NCBI GenBank assembly: GCA_943788175.1
Contig: CALSPG010000006.1
Location: 32,001 to 96,000, forward strand
Direction of reading: 5' to 3'
Source: an uncultured bacterium
Lineage (GTDB): Bacteria > Fidelibacterota > Marinisomatia > Marinisomatales > UBA1611
DNA length: 64,000 nucleotides
Position 1 is the first letter of the stretch. Each line of letters opens with the position of its first letter. This document shows positions 20,954 through 30,280 of this stretch, piece after piece. The notes below the pieces were generated by a model, which searched no databases, had not been told where the DNA came from, and was given only the letters and a program-made list of their open reading frames with translations. Both the position numbers and the translations under genes were made by a program.

Positions 20954-21870
20954 AAAAAGGTTGGCTCTTCCCTGGCCAAGCATCTCAAAAAGTTGGGATG
21001 GGAAAAGATTTTTATGAAGAAACCGAGCTTGGAAAGAAATATTTTGATATAGCCAATGATACTTTAGGTATAGATATTCAAAATATTATTTTCAATGGTC
21101 CTGATGAAAAATTAAGAATAACAAAACATACCCAACCGGCAATTTTTATAGTCAGCACAATTATTAGTGAACTACTCATAAAAAAAGGTTTTAAACCAGA
21201 TGGTGTCGCTGGTCACAGCCTAGGAGAATATAGCGCACTTGTAGCTGCACAAGGAATTGATTTCAAAACAGGGCTCGAACTAGTCAAAATACGTTCAGAA
21301 AGCATGGCTAAGGCTGGTGAGGATAACCCCGGTACTATGGCAGCCATAATAGGCATGGATTTAGATAGTGTTACTAAATTAGCCGATGAAATAAGCACAG
21401 ATCAGATTGTTGTTGCAGCAAATCATAATACGGAAAATCAGATAGTTATTTCTGGTAATATAAAAGCAGTTCAAAGTTTTACAGATATCGCAAAAGAACA
21501 TGGTGCTAGAATGGCGATTCCCTTAAATGTTAGTGGAGCTTTTCATTCACCGCTCATGCAACCAGCTAGAGAAGAACTTGCCGATAAGCTAGATTCTATT
21601 CAAATTTCAGATATTAATATTCCACTTTTTTCAAATTTTAGTGCAAAGCCAACTATGAACGGATCAAATATAAAACAATCATTAATCAGTCAACTCGAGA
21701 ACCCAGTGCTTTGGTTAGAATCAATAAATAATATGGTTAATAGCGGGTTTTCTATTTTTACTGAAATCGGTCCTGGAAAAGTTCTCAAAGGATTAAATAA
21801 AAAAATAAATAAAAATTTAGAGACCAAGAATATTGAGACGTATGAGGAGTTTATATCATATGAGGTTTGA
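20950..21870 (+). CDS. fabD: Malonyl CoA-ACP transacylase
   Basis: FPGQ, GHSLGEY and VSGAFHS motifs. Confidence 0.96.
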   Translation: MKKGWLFPGQASQKVGMGKDFYEETELGKKYFDIANDTLGIDIQNIIFNGPDEKLRITKHTQPAIFIVSTIISELLIKKGFKPDGVAGHSLGEYSALVAAQGIDFKTGLELVKIRSESMAKAGEDNPGTMAAIIGMDLDSVTKLADEISTDQIVVAANHNTENQIVISGNIKAVQSFTDIAKEHGARMAIPLNVSGAFHSPLMQPAREELADKLDSIQISDINIPLFSNFSAKPTMNGSNIKQSLISQLENPVLWLESINNMVNSGFSIFTEIGPGKVLKGLNKKINKNLETKNIETYEEFISYEV

Positions 21871-22609
21871 TCTAAGCCATAAAACAGCAATAGTAACTGG
21901 AGCATCTCAAGGCATTGGAAAAACTATTGCAATTGAAATGGCAAAATCTGGAGCAATTGTATTTTGCTTAGCTCGGAATAAAGAGGCGCTTGATGCCACA
22001 ATCAAAAAAATAACAGAAAATGGTGGTAAAGCCGCTGCATTCTCGTGTGATATATCTAACAATGATGACTTTAAAACTATTATTCTAAATATTGTAAAAG
22101 AATATGGTTCAATAGATATCCTCGTTAATAATGCAGGTATTACCAAAGACAACCTTCTAATGCGCATGTCAGACGATCAATGGGATGATGTTTTAAACAT
22201 TAATTTAAAAGGATCCTTTACATGCACTCGATCAGTTATCAAACATATGATGAAGAAAAAATTTGGAAGGATTATTAATATAACTTCAATTGTTGGTATA
22301 ACTGGGAATGCTGGACAGGCAAATTATGCAGCATCAAAATCTGGTTTAATTGGCCTGACTAAATCAATAGCAAAAGAAGTTGCATCTAGAGGAATAACAG
22401 CTAATTGTGTAGCGCCAGGATGGATTGAGACCTCCATGACAGATCAGTTAAGCACTGAAGTAAAGAATAAGTTTTTATCACAGATTCCAACTGGTAAAAT
22501 TGGGCAATCTAAAGATATAGCAAATACAGTAATTTTTTTAGCTTCTGATGAAGCCAGTTATATCACTGGCCAAACCATTACTGTAGATGGCGGAAGAATA
22601 ATTAACTAA
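21860..22609 (+). CDS. fabG: 3-oxoacyl-ACP reductase
   Basis: [14 protein letters not shown] and NYAASK motifs; ATG 21860 preferred start. Confidence 0.96.
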   Translation: MRFDLSHKTAIVTGASQGIGKTIAIEMAKSGAIVFCLARNKEALDATIKKITENGGKAAAFSCDISNNDDFKTIILNIVKEYGSIDILVNNAGITKDNLLMRMSDDQWDDVLNINLKGSFTCTRSVIKHMMKKKFGRIINITSIVGITGNAGQANYAASKSGLIGLTKSIAKEVASRGITANCVAPGWIETSMTDQLSTEVKNKFLSQIPTGKIGQSKDIANTVIFLASDEASYITGQTITVDGGRIIN

Positions 22610-22625
22610 CAAAAGGAGAAACCTA

Positions 22626-22856
22626 ATGTCAACATTTGATAAAGTAAAAGAAGTTGTAATTGATAAACTTGGCGTTGATGAAGCAGCAATAACTGAAAAA
22701 GCACATTTTGTAAATGACCTTGGAGCTGATTCACTTGATACTGTAGAATTAATCATGGAATTTGAAGAAGAGTTTGGAATTGAAATCCCAGATGAAGATG
22801 CAGAAAACATTACTACAGTTAATAGCGCTGTTAAGTACATTGACGAGAACAAATAA
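22626..22856 (+). CDS. acpP: Acyl carrier protein
   Basis: [12 protein letters not shown] motif; AAGGAG RBS. Confidence 0.98.
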   Translation: MSTFDKVKEVVIDKLGVDEAAITEKAHFVNDLGADSLDTVELIMEFEEEFGIEIPDEDAENITTVNSAVKYIDENK

Positions 22857-22871
22857 CATTATAGGTTAAAA

Positions 22872-24110
22872 ATGCAAAAGAAAGTAGTTGTTACAGGTTT
22901 AGGTGCTTTAGCTCCCAATGGAAACTCTGTAGACCATTTTTGGTCTGCAATTGAATCTGGTACTAGCGGTATCGCTCCTATCACCTATTTTGATGCATCA
23001 AATCATAGGGTATCAATAGCAGGTGAATTAAAGGAGTTTAATCCTGAGCAAACTTTAGATGCCAAAGAAATACGCAAATTAGATCCATTTTCTACCTTTG
23101 CATTAATAGCATCTGATGAAGCAATTAAATCTTCAAGTATAAATCTTGAAACAATAGATCTTGACCGTGCCGGTGTAATAATTGGTAGTGGCATCGGAGG
23201 AATACAAACATTAGAGCGTGAACATGATATCATTAAAAGCAAGGGAGCGAGGAGAGTTTCTCCGCAATTTGTTGCGAAAATGATTCCAAATATTGCGGGT
23301 GGCCATGTTTCAATGAGGTTTGGTTTCCGTGGTCCTAGTCAAACAGTCATTTCAGCATGCGCTTCATCAAATGATGCAATAGGCATTGCATTAAGATTAA
23401 TTAGATATGGTGATGCAGACATTATGCTCACAGGTGGAACAGAAGCGAGTATTACTCCACTTACCATTGCAGGATTTGCTAATATGAGGGCGCTTTCGCA
23501 AAACTGTGAAGTCCCTACCGCAGCCAGTAGACCTTTTGATGCAAATAGAGACGGATTTGTATTAAGCGAAGGCGCAGGTATGTTAGTGATTGAATCGGAA
23601 GAACATGCTCTAAATAGATGTGCTCCTATATTAGCTGAAATAGCGGGTTATGGATCTTCAGATGATGCATTCCATATTACACAACCAGCTCCAGAGGGTC
23701 TTGGCGCTTTTAAAGCAATGAATAGAGCACTAGAAGACTCAAATATATCATCTACTGATATTGATTATATAAATGCGCATGGAACATCAACTCCGTTTAA
23801 TGATAAAAATGAATCAAAAGCCATTGGAAACTTATTTAAAGATAGTCTTTCAAAATTAAAAGTTAGTTCTACAAAATCTATGACTGGCCACCTACTAGGA
23901 GCAGCCGGTGGACTCGAGGCGGTTGCCACAGTTAAATCAATAATGAATGAAAGAATAGCTCCGACCATAAATTATAACAACCCAGACCCTGAATGTACTT
24001 TAGATTATACCCCAAATAAATCAGTTGCACATAAAATCAATGCAGCTTTATCAAATACATTTGGATTTGGCGGTCATAATGCTGTGCTTTGTTTCAGGAA
24101 ATATAATTGA
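22872..24110 (+). CDS. fabF: 3-oxoacyl-ACP synthase II
   Basis: ACASS, NAHGTST, TGHLLGAAG and FGFGGHN motifs. Confidence 0.97.
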   Translation: MQKKVVVTGLGALAPNGNSVDHFWSAIESGTSGIAPITYFDASNHRVSIAGELKEFNPEQTLDAKEIRKLDPFSTFALIASDEAIKSSSINLETIDLDRAGVIIGSGIGGIQTLEREHDIIKSKGARRVSPQFVAKMIPNIAGGHVSMRFGFRGPSQTVISACASSNDAIGIALRLIRYGDADIMLTGGTEASITPLTIAGFANMRALSQNCEVPTAASRPFDANRDGFVLSEGAGMLVIESEEHALNRCAPILAEIAGYGSSDDAFHITQPAPEGLGAFKAMNRALEDSNISSTDIDYINAHGTSTPFNDKNESKAIGNLFKDSLSKLKVSSTKSMTGHLLGAAGGLEAVATVKSIMNERIAPTINYNNPDPECTLDYTPNKSVAHKINAALSNTFGFGGHNAVLCFRKYN

Positions 24111-24820
24111 GTTTATTATATAGATTAAAAAACATACTAAAATCAGATGACCACCTATCTCCTGTTGAAAAAAAAATAAATTACCTCTTCCACAATCGTG
24201 AATACTTAGTTCAAGCATTTACGCATAAAAGCATTACTTCTTCTCCAAGAAAGAACTATGAAAGATTAGAATTTTTAGGTGATACAGTAATTGACATTAT
24301 AATTAGCCGAGAATTAATGAGAGAATTCCCTGACGGTGATGAAGGACTTCTTACCCAAAAAAGAGCTTCACTGGTACGAAAATCCTTTTTAGCACAAATA
24401 AGTAAAATGCTTGATCTCATTGACCACATCGTTATTGAATCGAGTGTTGATATGAAAATTGAAAAAATAGCAGAAAAACAACAAGCAAACCTTTTTGAAG
24501 CTATAGTTGGTGCAATATATTTAGATGGCGGAATATCGCCCTGCAGGAATTTAATTTTAGAAACTATTTGGGCTCATAGAACCGAGGCATGGAAGTCTAC
24601 CAATTACAAGGGGAAACTAATAGAATATTGCCACATGAAAGACATTGGTAGCCCATCTTTTAATGTTAAAGACATTTCAGGACCAGATCACTCAAAAACA
24701 TTTGAAATTGAGGTGAAAATTGGTGGCCAAGGCTTTCCCACGGGCATGGGACTTGATAAAAAATCTGCAGAGCAAGTAGCTGCAAAAATTGCATTAGAGC
24801 AACTTGATGCTCCTTTTTAA
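24107..24820 (+). CDS. rnc: Ribonuclease III
   Basis: NYERLEFLGD signature plus C-terminal dsRBD (GPDH...KKSAEQ). Confidence 0.96.
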   Translation: MSLLYRLKNILKSDDHLSPVEKKINYLFHNREYLVQAFTHKSITSSPRKNYERLEFLGDTVIDIIISRELMREFPDGDEGLLTQKRASLVRKSFLAQISKMLDLIDHIVIESSVDMKIEKIAEKQQANLFEAIVGAIYLDGGISPCRNLILETIWAHRTEAWKSTNYKGKLIEYCHMKDIGSPSFNVKDISGPDHSKTFEIEVKIGGQGFPTGMGLDKKSAEQVAAKIALEQLDAPF

Positions 24821-25362
24821 GATGATTCTAAATCTTTTATTTTATCTCTAATTCTTGCGGCTTTTTCGTACTCTTCTTCGTCAACTGCTTTTTTTAATTT
24901 AATTTCTAAATCTTCAACTGAATATTTTGGAAGTATATTTTGTTTGTCTGAAACTACTTCATCCTCGCCAACACCCGCCTCTTTAATAACTTCTGCAGTA
25001 ACATAAATTTGCGCATTTAGCCTTAGCGCAATAGAAATAGCATCGCTTGGTCTAGCATCTATTGTTTTTGTACCAAAATTATCACCACTTATTTTTAAAC
25101 TAGCATAAAAAACACCATCATTCAACTTTGAAATATTCACCGCCAATAATTTCCCATCAACTTTTGTAATTAAATCACAAATCAAATCATGAGTTAATGG
25201 CCTTGGTGTGTCTACTACTTCTATCGCCAAAGCTATAGATTGAGCCTCAAAGGAACCTACCAATATTGGTAAAAATAGTTGACTATGTTCATCCTTAAGA
25301 AGTACTGCGTAGCTCCTACTTGAAGGATGGTATGATATTTTTTCTACTTTTACTGGTATCAT
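24817..25362 (-). CDS. Bifunctional nuclease (DUF151) with UVR domain
   Basis: LPILVGSFEA, PRPLTHDL, DARPSDA and C-terminal EEYEKAARIRD. Confidence 0.9.
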   Translation of the reverse strand: MIPVKVEKISYHPSSRSYAVLLKDEHSQLFLPILVGSFEAQSIALAIEVVDTPRPLTHDLICDLITKVDGKLLAVNISKLNDGVFYASLKISGDNFGTKTIDARPSDAISIALRLNAQIYVTAEVIKEAGVGEDEVVSDKQNILPKYSVEDLEIKLKKAVDEEEYEKAARIRDKIKDLESS

Positions 25363-26396
25363 TATATTTTTGATAACTTGTCTTTCAAGACTTGTATGTT
25401 TTTAACAGGACTAGGGTCCGTATTATGTATAATTGCACACCAATAACTTAACCAATCCCCATAATGTATCAATAATAAGAATCGTTCTTTAAAATTGTCT
25501 CCCTCTACTTCAATTGTTTCTTGCTTAACTCTTAGCTCAGAAAGAATATTCGATATAATAGATTGCCTTGACTTGTTTCTTTCATTCATATCTTTATCCA
25601 TCAACCATAAAACAAAATAATTAGAAAAAAATTCGGCATTATTATGCCATCCTACAATTTCATTATGGTTCATTTCTGGATAAATATTATGGTATGCTAA
25701 GATTTTACTATTTTCACAAATCTGGCCTTTTAACCTTATGGCCACAGTATCGAGTCCATCAGAGTCCGCATATATAATAGGTAACTTTTTATATATCTTA
25801 TTAGCTAGTGCCCAAACAGGATTTTTATCTATATCCTCAGAGTATTCAATTCTTTTTGATTTTATTAATCTTGCAGCAGAATGAAGCCAGGGTTCAATAT
25901 CAGTATTAATAACACCAACTTTTTTCATGATAAATAATAAAGGTATGAAAGAAAATGCCAGCGCTGCTCGAGGTTGTAAACCAGGTGGTATCAAAACTTT
26001 ATCATAATCATATTTCCCACAAAGCATTTCTAGCTTCCCTCCAGTTGTGATGCCTATTACCTTGGCATTTATGGAGTTTGCTTTTTTTAAAATAGATAGA
26101 GTTTCTTCTGTATTTCCTGAATATGAGGAACATATAATTAAGGTTGAACTGTCTACCCATGAAGGAAGATTATATCCTCTATTAACAAAAAAAGGGATTT
26201 TAATATCTTCATTAATTAATGAGTTTACAACATCACCTCCTATGGCGGACCCTCCCATACCTGCAACGATGACTTTATTTACATTTTCGTAATCATTTTT
26301 AATTTTTACTTCTTCACTAATCTTTAATGCATCAATTATATTGTCAGGGAAATCCCAAATTGATTGAAACATATTGTCTTTATCTATTGTATTCAT
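25362..26396 (-). CDS. Bifunctional phosphoglucose/phosphomannose isomerase (SIS family)
   Basis: GMGGSAIGG, SYSGNTEET, QPRAA, ENSK and PEMNHNE motifs. Confidence 0.92.
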   Translation of the reverse strand: MNTIDKDNMFQSIWDFPDNIIDALKISEEVKIKNDYENVNKVIVAGMGGSAIGGDVVNSLINEDIKIPFFVNRGYNLPSWVDSSTLIICSSYSGNTEETLSILKKANSINAKVIGITTGGKLEMLCGKYDYDKVLIPPGLQPRAALAFSFIPLLFIMKKVGVINTDIEPWLHSAARLIKSKRIEYSEDIDKNPVWALANKIYKKLPIIYADSDGLDTVAIRLKGQICENSKILAYHNIYPEMNHNEIVGWHNNAEFFSNYFVLWLMDKDMNERNKSRQSIISNILSELRVKQETIEVEGDNFKERFLLLIHYGDWLSYWCAIIHNTDPSPVKNIQVLKDKLSKI

Positions 26397-27352
26397 TAAG
26401 AATGCCGTCCTTGAATAATTTTAAAAAACCTATAAACTTCACTATCTTGATTGAATCCAAGTTTTAGTAATGATTCGAAAGATGAATGAAAGTAAGTATT
26501 CGTAAGAGAATCTACCTCACTATTTATACCTTTAACTGTTAAAAAATTACGAATTTTTTCTAAATTATTACCATCAAATTCACTTACTAAATTGTTCCAT
26601 TCATCGCTATTTATCTTATTAGCAATCAATGCAATCGCTGTTTTTTTATTTGCACTAATATCACTACCTAAGCTTTTACCAATAACTTTTTCATCTCCAA
26701 AAATTTCAAAAATATCATCCTGCAATTGAAATGCAACTCCTAGACATTTACCGACATTATATAATTTTTCAACTTTCTCTGATGATTCACCTTGCATGAT
26801 AGCTGGTAGACATAAACAAGCCCCTAATAATGCACCTGTTTTTTTCTTTACCATATTAATGTATGCATCAAGCTCAATTTCTCCTTGACCTTCGAATTCT
26901 TTATCAAGCGCCTGGCCTTCACAAATTTCAAGCACCATTTCATTATACTTTTGTAAGAGTTTAGTTGACTGATGTTCCAAACTGATTAAAATTAATTGAC
27001 TTATAGTGAAAATACCGTCTCCAGCTAATATTGCTGATGAAACATCATATTTTTTATGCAAAGTTGGAACATTTCTTCTTGTATCATCAAAGTCCATAAT
27101 ATCATCATGAATTAGTGTAAAATTGTGTAGTAATTCAATACCTAAAGAAATCTTCATTAATTCATCAGGATCACTTTTAAAACTTCTTCCAGCTAAATGA
27201 ATTATTATAGGGCGATACCTTTTCCCTTTACTTTTAAGAGAATATTTTATGGGGTTGTAAAGGTATTTAGGCGATTCTGGTAAAGGAAAAGATTTAAGTG
27301 AATGATTAAATTCTTTGCGAATAAAATCAATAATTTGTGATAAATCACTCAT
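26396..27352 (-). CDS. Polyprenyl diphosphate synthase (FPP/GGPP type)
   Basis: GKRYRP, HNFTLIHDDIMD..RR, GQALD, KTGAL and FQLQDD motifs. Confidence 0.92.
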   Translation of the reverse strand: MSDLSQIIDFIRKEFNHSLKSFPLPESPKYLYNPIKYSLKSKGKRYRPIIIHLAGRSFKSDPDELMKISLGIELLHNFTLIHDDIMDFDDTRRNVPTLHKKYDVSSAILAGDGIFTISQLILISLEHQSTKLLQKYNEMVLEICEGQALDKEFEGQGEIELDAYINMVKKKTGALLGACLCLPAIMQGESSEKVEKLYNVGKCLGVAFQLQDDIFEIFGDEKVIGKSLGSDISANKKTAIALIANKINSDEWNNLVSEFDGNNLEKIRNFLTVKGINSEVDSLTNTYFHSSFESLLKLGFNQDSEVYRFFKIIQGRHS

Positions 27353-28720
27353 TTAATGTGAACTAGCTATAAGATTTCCAAATTCTTTTAACTTATCTAA
27401 TATAGTTTTTTGAATATGGTCCATATTCTCCGGAGTATCGCCTTCGAATCTGCAAACGATAACGGGTTGAGTATTCGAAGCTCGAACTAAACCCCATCCT
27501 CCATCAAACTTTACTCTTACACCATCTACCGTAATACATTCGTAATTTTCAATAAAATACTCTTCTGCTCTTTTAGCAATTTCAAATTTTTTCTCATCTG
27601 ATTCTACTTCTAAACGTATTTCAGGCGTTGAGAAATATTTCGGAATAGCAGCTTTTAATTCTGATAATTTTTTACCAGAATTAGATAATAATTGTATCAA
27701 TCGTCCTGCGACATAAATTGCATCATCATAGCCAAAGTAATCATCTGCAAAGAAAATATGGCCACTCATCTCACCACCTATCTTGCAATTACTTTCTGCC
27801 ATTTTATTCTTTATAAGCGAGTGTCCAGTATTCCACATTATTGGCTTCCCACCATACTTAAGGATCATGTCTTCTAGAGCTTTTGAACACTTCACATCAA
27901 AAATAACTTCATCTCCAGGTTCAATAATTTCTGATATCAGTATTGCGAGTAATTGATCAGCCCAGATAATATCACCAGTCTCGTCTACAACACCAAGCCT
28001 ATCAGCATCTCCATCAAAAGCAATTCCAACATCATATTTTCCAGATTTCATTTCCATTACTAAATCTTTTAAATTTTCTTCAACAGTCGGATCAGGATGA
28101 TGATTAGGAAATGTACCATCTGGTTCACAAAAAAGTTCTTTAAGCTCTATTCCAAGATCTTTAAATATTGCTGGAGCATTTATAGCTGCTGCTGCATTAC
28201 CACAATCCATAACAACTTTCATTTTCTTATCAATTTTTATCTTATTTTTAATCATCTTATTATATTCAGGAAGAAGTTTGTATCTGGTCTCAGAACCTTC
28301 CCCACTTTCAAAGTCTAAATTGATGATAAAGTTTTTTATTAATTGAATTTGATCACCATAAACTGGTTTTTTGTGTAACGAAAGCTTAAAACCATTGAAT
28401 TCAGGTGGATTATGACTGCCTGTTATTTGAACAGAGGCAGCTACATCTAGTTTAAAAAGACTGTAATAATTTACTGGTGTCGGAACAATGCCAATATTTA
28501 TCACATCTACCCCTGTTGAAAGAGTACCTTCTTTAAAATAATTGATTAAATCTGGAGTTGTTAATCTTATGTCACCACTTATTGCTATCTCTCTACCTCC
28601 TGAACGCTTAACAAGTGTCCCAAAAGCTTTACCTAATGCCAAAACCACTTCAGGTGGAAAATCTTCAATAACTTTTCCTCTAATATCATATTCTCTAAAT
28701 ATATATGGATTTACATTCAT
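27353..28720 (-). CDS. Phosphomannomutase/phosphoglucomutase (AlgC-like)
   Basis: FREYDIRG, TGSHNP, DGDADR, GEMSGH and RASNTQP motifs. Confidence 0.94.
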   Translation of the reverse strand: MNVNPYIFREYDIRGKVIEDFPPEVVLALGKAFGTLVKRSGGREIAISGDIRLTTPDLINYFKEGTLSTGVDVINIGIVPTPVNYYSLFKLDVAASVQITGSHNPPEFNGFKLSLHKKPVYGDQIQLIKNFIINLDFESGEGSETRYKLLPEYNKMIKNKIKIDKKMKVVMDCGNAAAAINAPAIFKDLGIELKELFCEPDGTFPNHHPDPTVEENLKDLVMEMKSGKYDVGIAFDGDADRLGVVDETGDIIWADQLLAILISEIIEPGDEVIFDVKCSKALEDMILKYGGKPIMWNTGHSLIKNKMAESNCKIGGEMSGHIFFADDYFGYDDAIYVAGRLIQLLSNSGKKLSELKAAIPKYFSTPEIRLEVESDEKKFEIAKRAEEYFIENYECITVDGVRVKFDGGWGLVRASNTQPVIVCRFEGDTPENMDHIQKTILDKLKEFGNLIASSH

Positions 28721-28803
28721 GACTTTTTGTTCCTTAAAATTATTTTATTACTTTTTAAAACAGGTTTGGCTATTTATGAATAATCTAGAAAAATTTTTAA
28801 AGA

Positions 28804-29877
28804 TTAAAATCTAGGAAGTTTTTTTAATAATCTCTTCCAATCAATATCATCTAATTTTTCTTTCATTTTTTTATACCCTATCCCATAATCAGGATCTGTG
28901 CTCTCATTCATCATTTTTAACCTATATTTACTTAGCTTAGATCCATAATGTTCATAAATCAAATCGGAGCCTAAATTACAAAAACCCTCCCTAATATCTG
29001 ATCTTAAATCTAATTTATTCTGAAAAAGATATACGTGAAGTAGCTCATGGGCTAAAACAGCTTTAAAAATCTCTTCATGCAAATTTGATAAAATATAAAT
29101 ATGATATTTTTGATCAATAATCCTACCTGCCATTGAACTTTCTTCATAGTTAGTATATCCTTGAATATTACCTAATCTATTTCCTGACATACGTATAAGT
29201 TCTTCCCTGCTATCTATTAATATTATTGGTAAATCTGTTGGCAGATTAACTATTCCAACTGTTTTAAGGATATCCAAAACATTGTTTAAAATTTTTCTTA
29301 ATTGAGACTTGTTTTTTATAACACTCGGTTTGCAAATGTTGCATACAAATCGATTACTATTTATTGAGTATCCTCCATTTGTTAATGGAGAACAAATGAG
29401 TCTACTGCAATTATCACAACTCGGCATTTTTTTATCATGATAGGCATGATAATAGTTGCCCCAGAAATCCTTAATATATTTATCTTCTACTGGCTGATGA
29501 CAAACGTCACATTTTGGTATAATGTATTCAATATAGCAACTTTCGTGATATTCCTTGCCCTCATGAATAGTGTAAATACCACTAATTATATCACTGCACT
29601 CTTCACACCTTTTTTGAATGAACTGCTGGTAACATGTTTTATGATAACTTTTACCTTTCGATGTATTGTAGGAACCATCTATTTTTTTTCCACATTGCTC
29701 ACAATAAATCTGAATGTATTTATCATAACAAGTATGATGATAATAACTTCCTTTATGAATTAGATACTGAGCACTTAAATCTTTATTACATGCTTTACAC
29801 GTTTTTTGATTACCAATTAATAGTGTACATGAAATAATAAATAAATATATACTGTATCTAAAAAAAAACTTATTCAT
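28804..29877 (-). CDS. DA1-like protein: LIM-type zinc-finger repeats plus HExxH peptidase
   Basis: Repeated C-x2-C...H-x2-C units, CDVC...FW...CDNC...CNIC, AHELLH, EGFCN and DPDYG motifs; N-terminal hydrophobic signal. Confidence 0.8.
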   Translation of the reverse strand: MNKFFFRYSIYLFIISCTLLIGNQKTCKACNKDLSAQYLIHKGSYYHHTCYDKYIQIYCEQCGKKIDGSYNTSKGKSYHKTCYQQFIQKRCEECSDIISGIYTIHEGKEYHESCYIEYIIPKCDVCHQPVEDKYIKDFWGNYYHAYHDKKMPSCDNCSRLICSPLTNGGYSINSNRFVCNICKPSVIKNKSQLRKILNNVLDILKTVGIVNLPTDLPIILIDSREELIRMSGNRLGNIQGYTNYEESSMAGRIIDQKYHIYILSNLHEEIFKAVLAHELLHVYLFQNKLDLRSDIREGFCNLGSDLIYEHYGSKLSKYRLKMMNESTDPDYGIGYKKMKEKLDDIDWKRLLKKLPRF

Positions 29878-29906
29878 CTATGATCGGAATACTCAAACTT
29901 AAGATA

Positions 29907-30266
29907 TTAAAAATTTCCTTTAAACTTATCCGTAGGGTATTTGATTCTATTTTTAATCATTTTTTTTGATACTGCTTCTGATATATCAATGTTGTTTTTA
30001 TTTGCAAAGGCAATGGCATATATAATTATATCCGCTAACTCATCAATAGCATCTTCCCTTGATTCCTTGTTGGACATTTTTTGTTCACATGACTTAGATG
30101 TGTCCCACTTAAAAATGTCCATTAATTCACTTGCTTCAATAGCAAGCGCCATTGATAAATTTTTTGCATTATGAAACTGAGACCATTCTCTTTCATCAAC
30201 AAATTTTTGAACAATATTTTTCAAACTGTTTATGGTATTATCTTTATCAATCATTAATATCTCCAA
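29907..30266 (-). CDS. MazG-like nucleotide pyrophosphohydrolase (dCTP pyrophosphatase-like)
   Basis: EREWSQFHNAKNL, EASEL, DELAD and KYP motifs. Confidence 0.9.
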   Translation of the reverse strand: MEILMIDKDNTINSLKNIVQKFVDEREWSQFHNAKNLSMALAIEASELMDIFKWDTSKSCEQKMSNKESREDAIDELADIIIYAIAFANKNNIDISEAVSKKMIKNRIKYPTDKFKGNF

Positions 30267-30280
30267 TATTCAATAAACTA

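Noticed and set aside
24817-24820. Switch from + to - strand gene orientation as a replication terminus
   Set aside because: No convincing dif site was found. GTTAAAT-containing stretches near 10745 and 36950 lack a plausible XerC arm, and GC skew could not be computed here.
24107-24820. RNase III with Asn in place of an acidic residue (ANLFEA) as a possibly inactive enzyme
   Set aside because: The ERLEFLGD signature and the downstream Glu are intact, and Asn variants at this position occur in other RNase III proteins.
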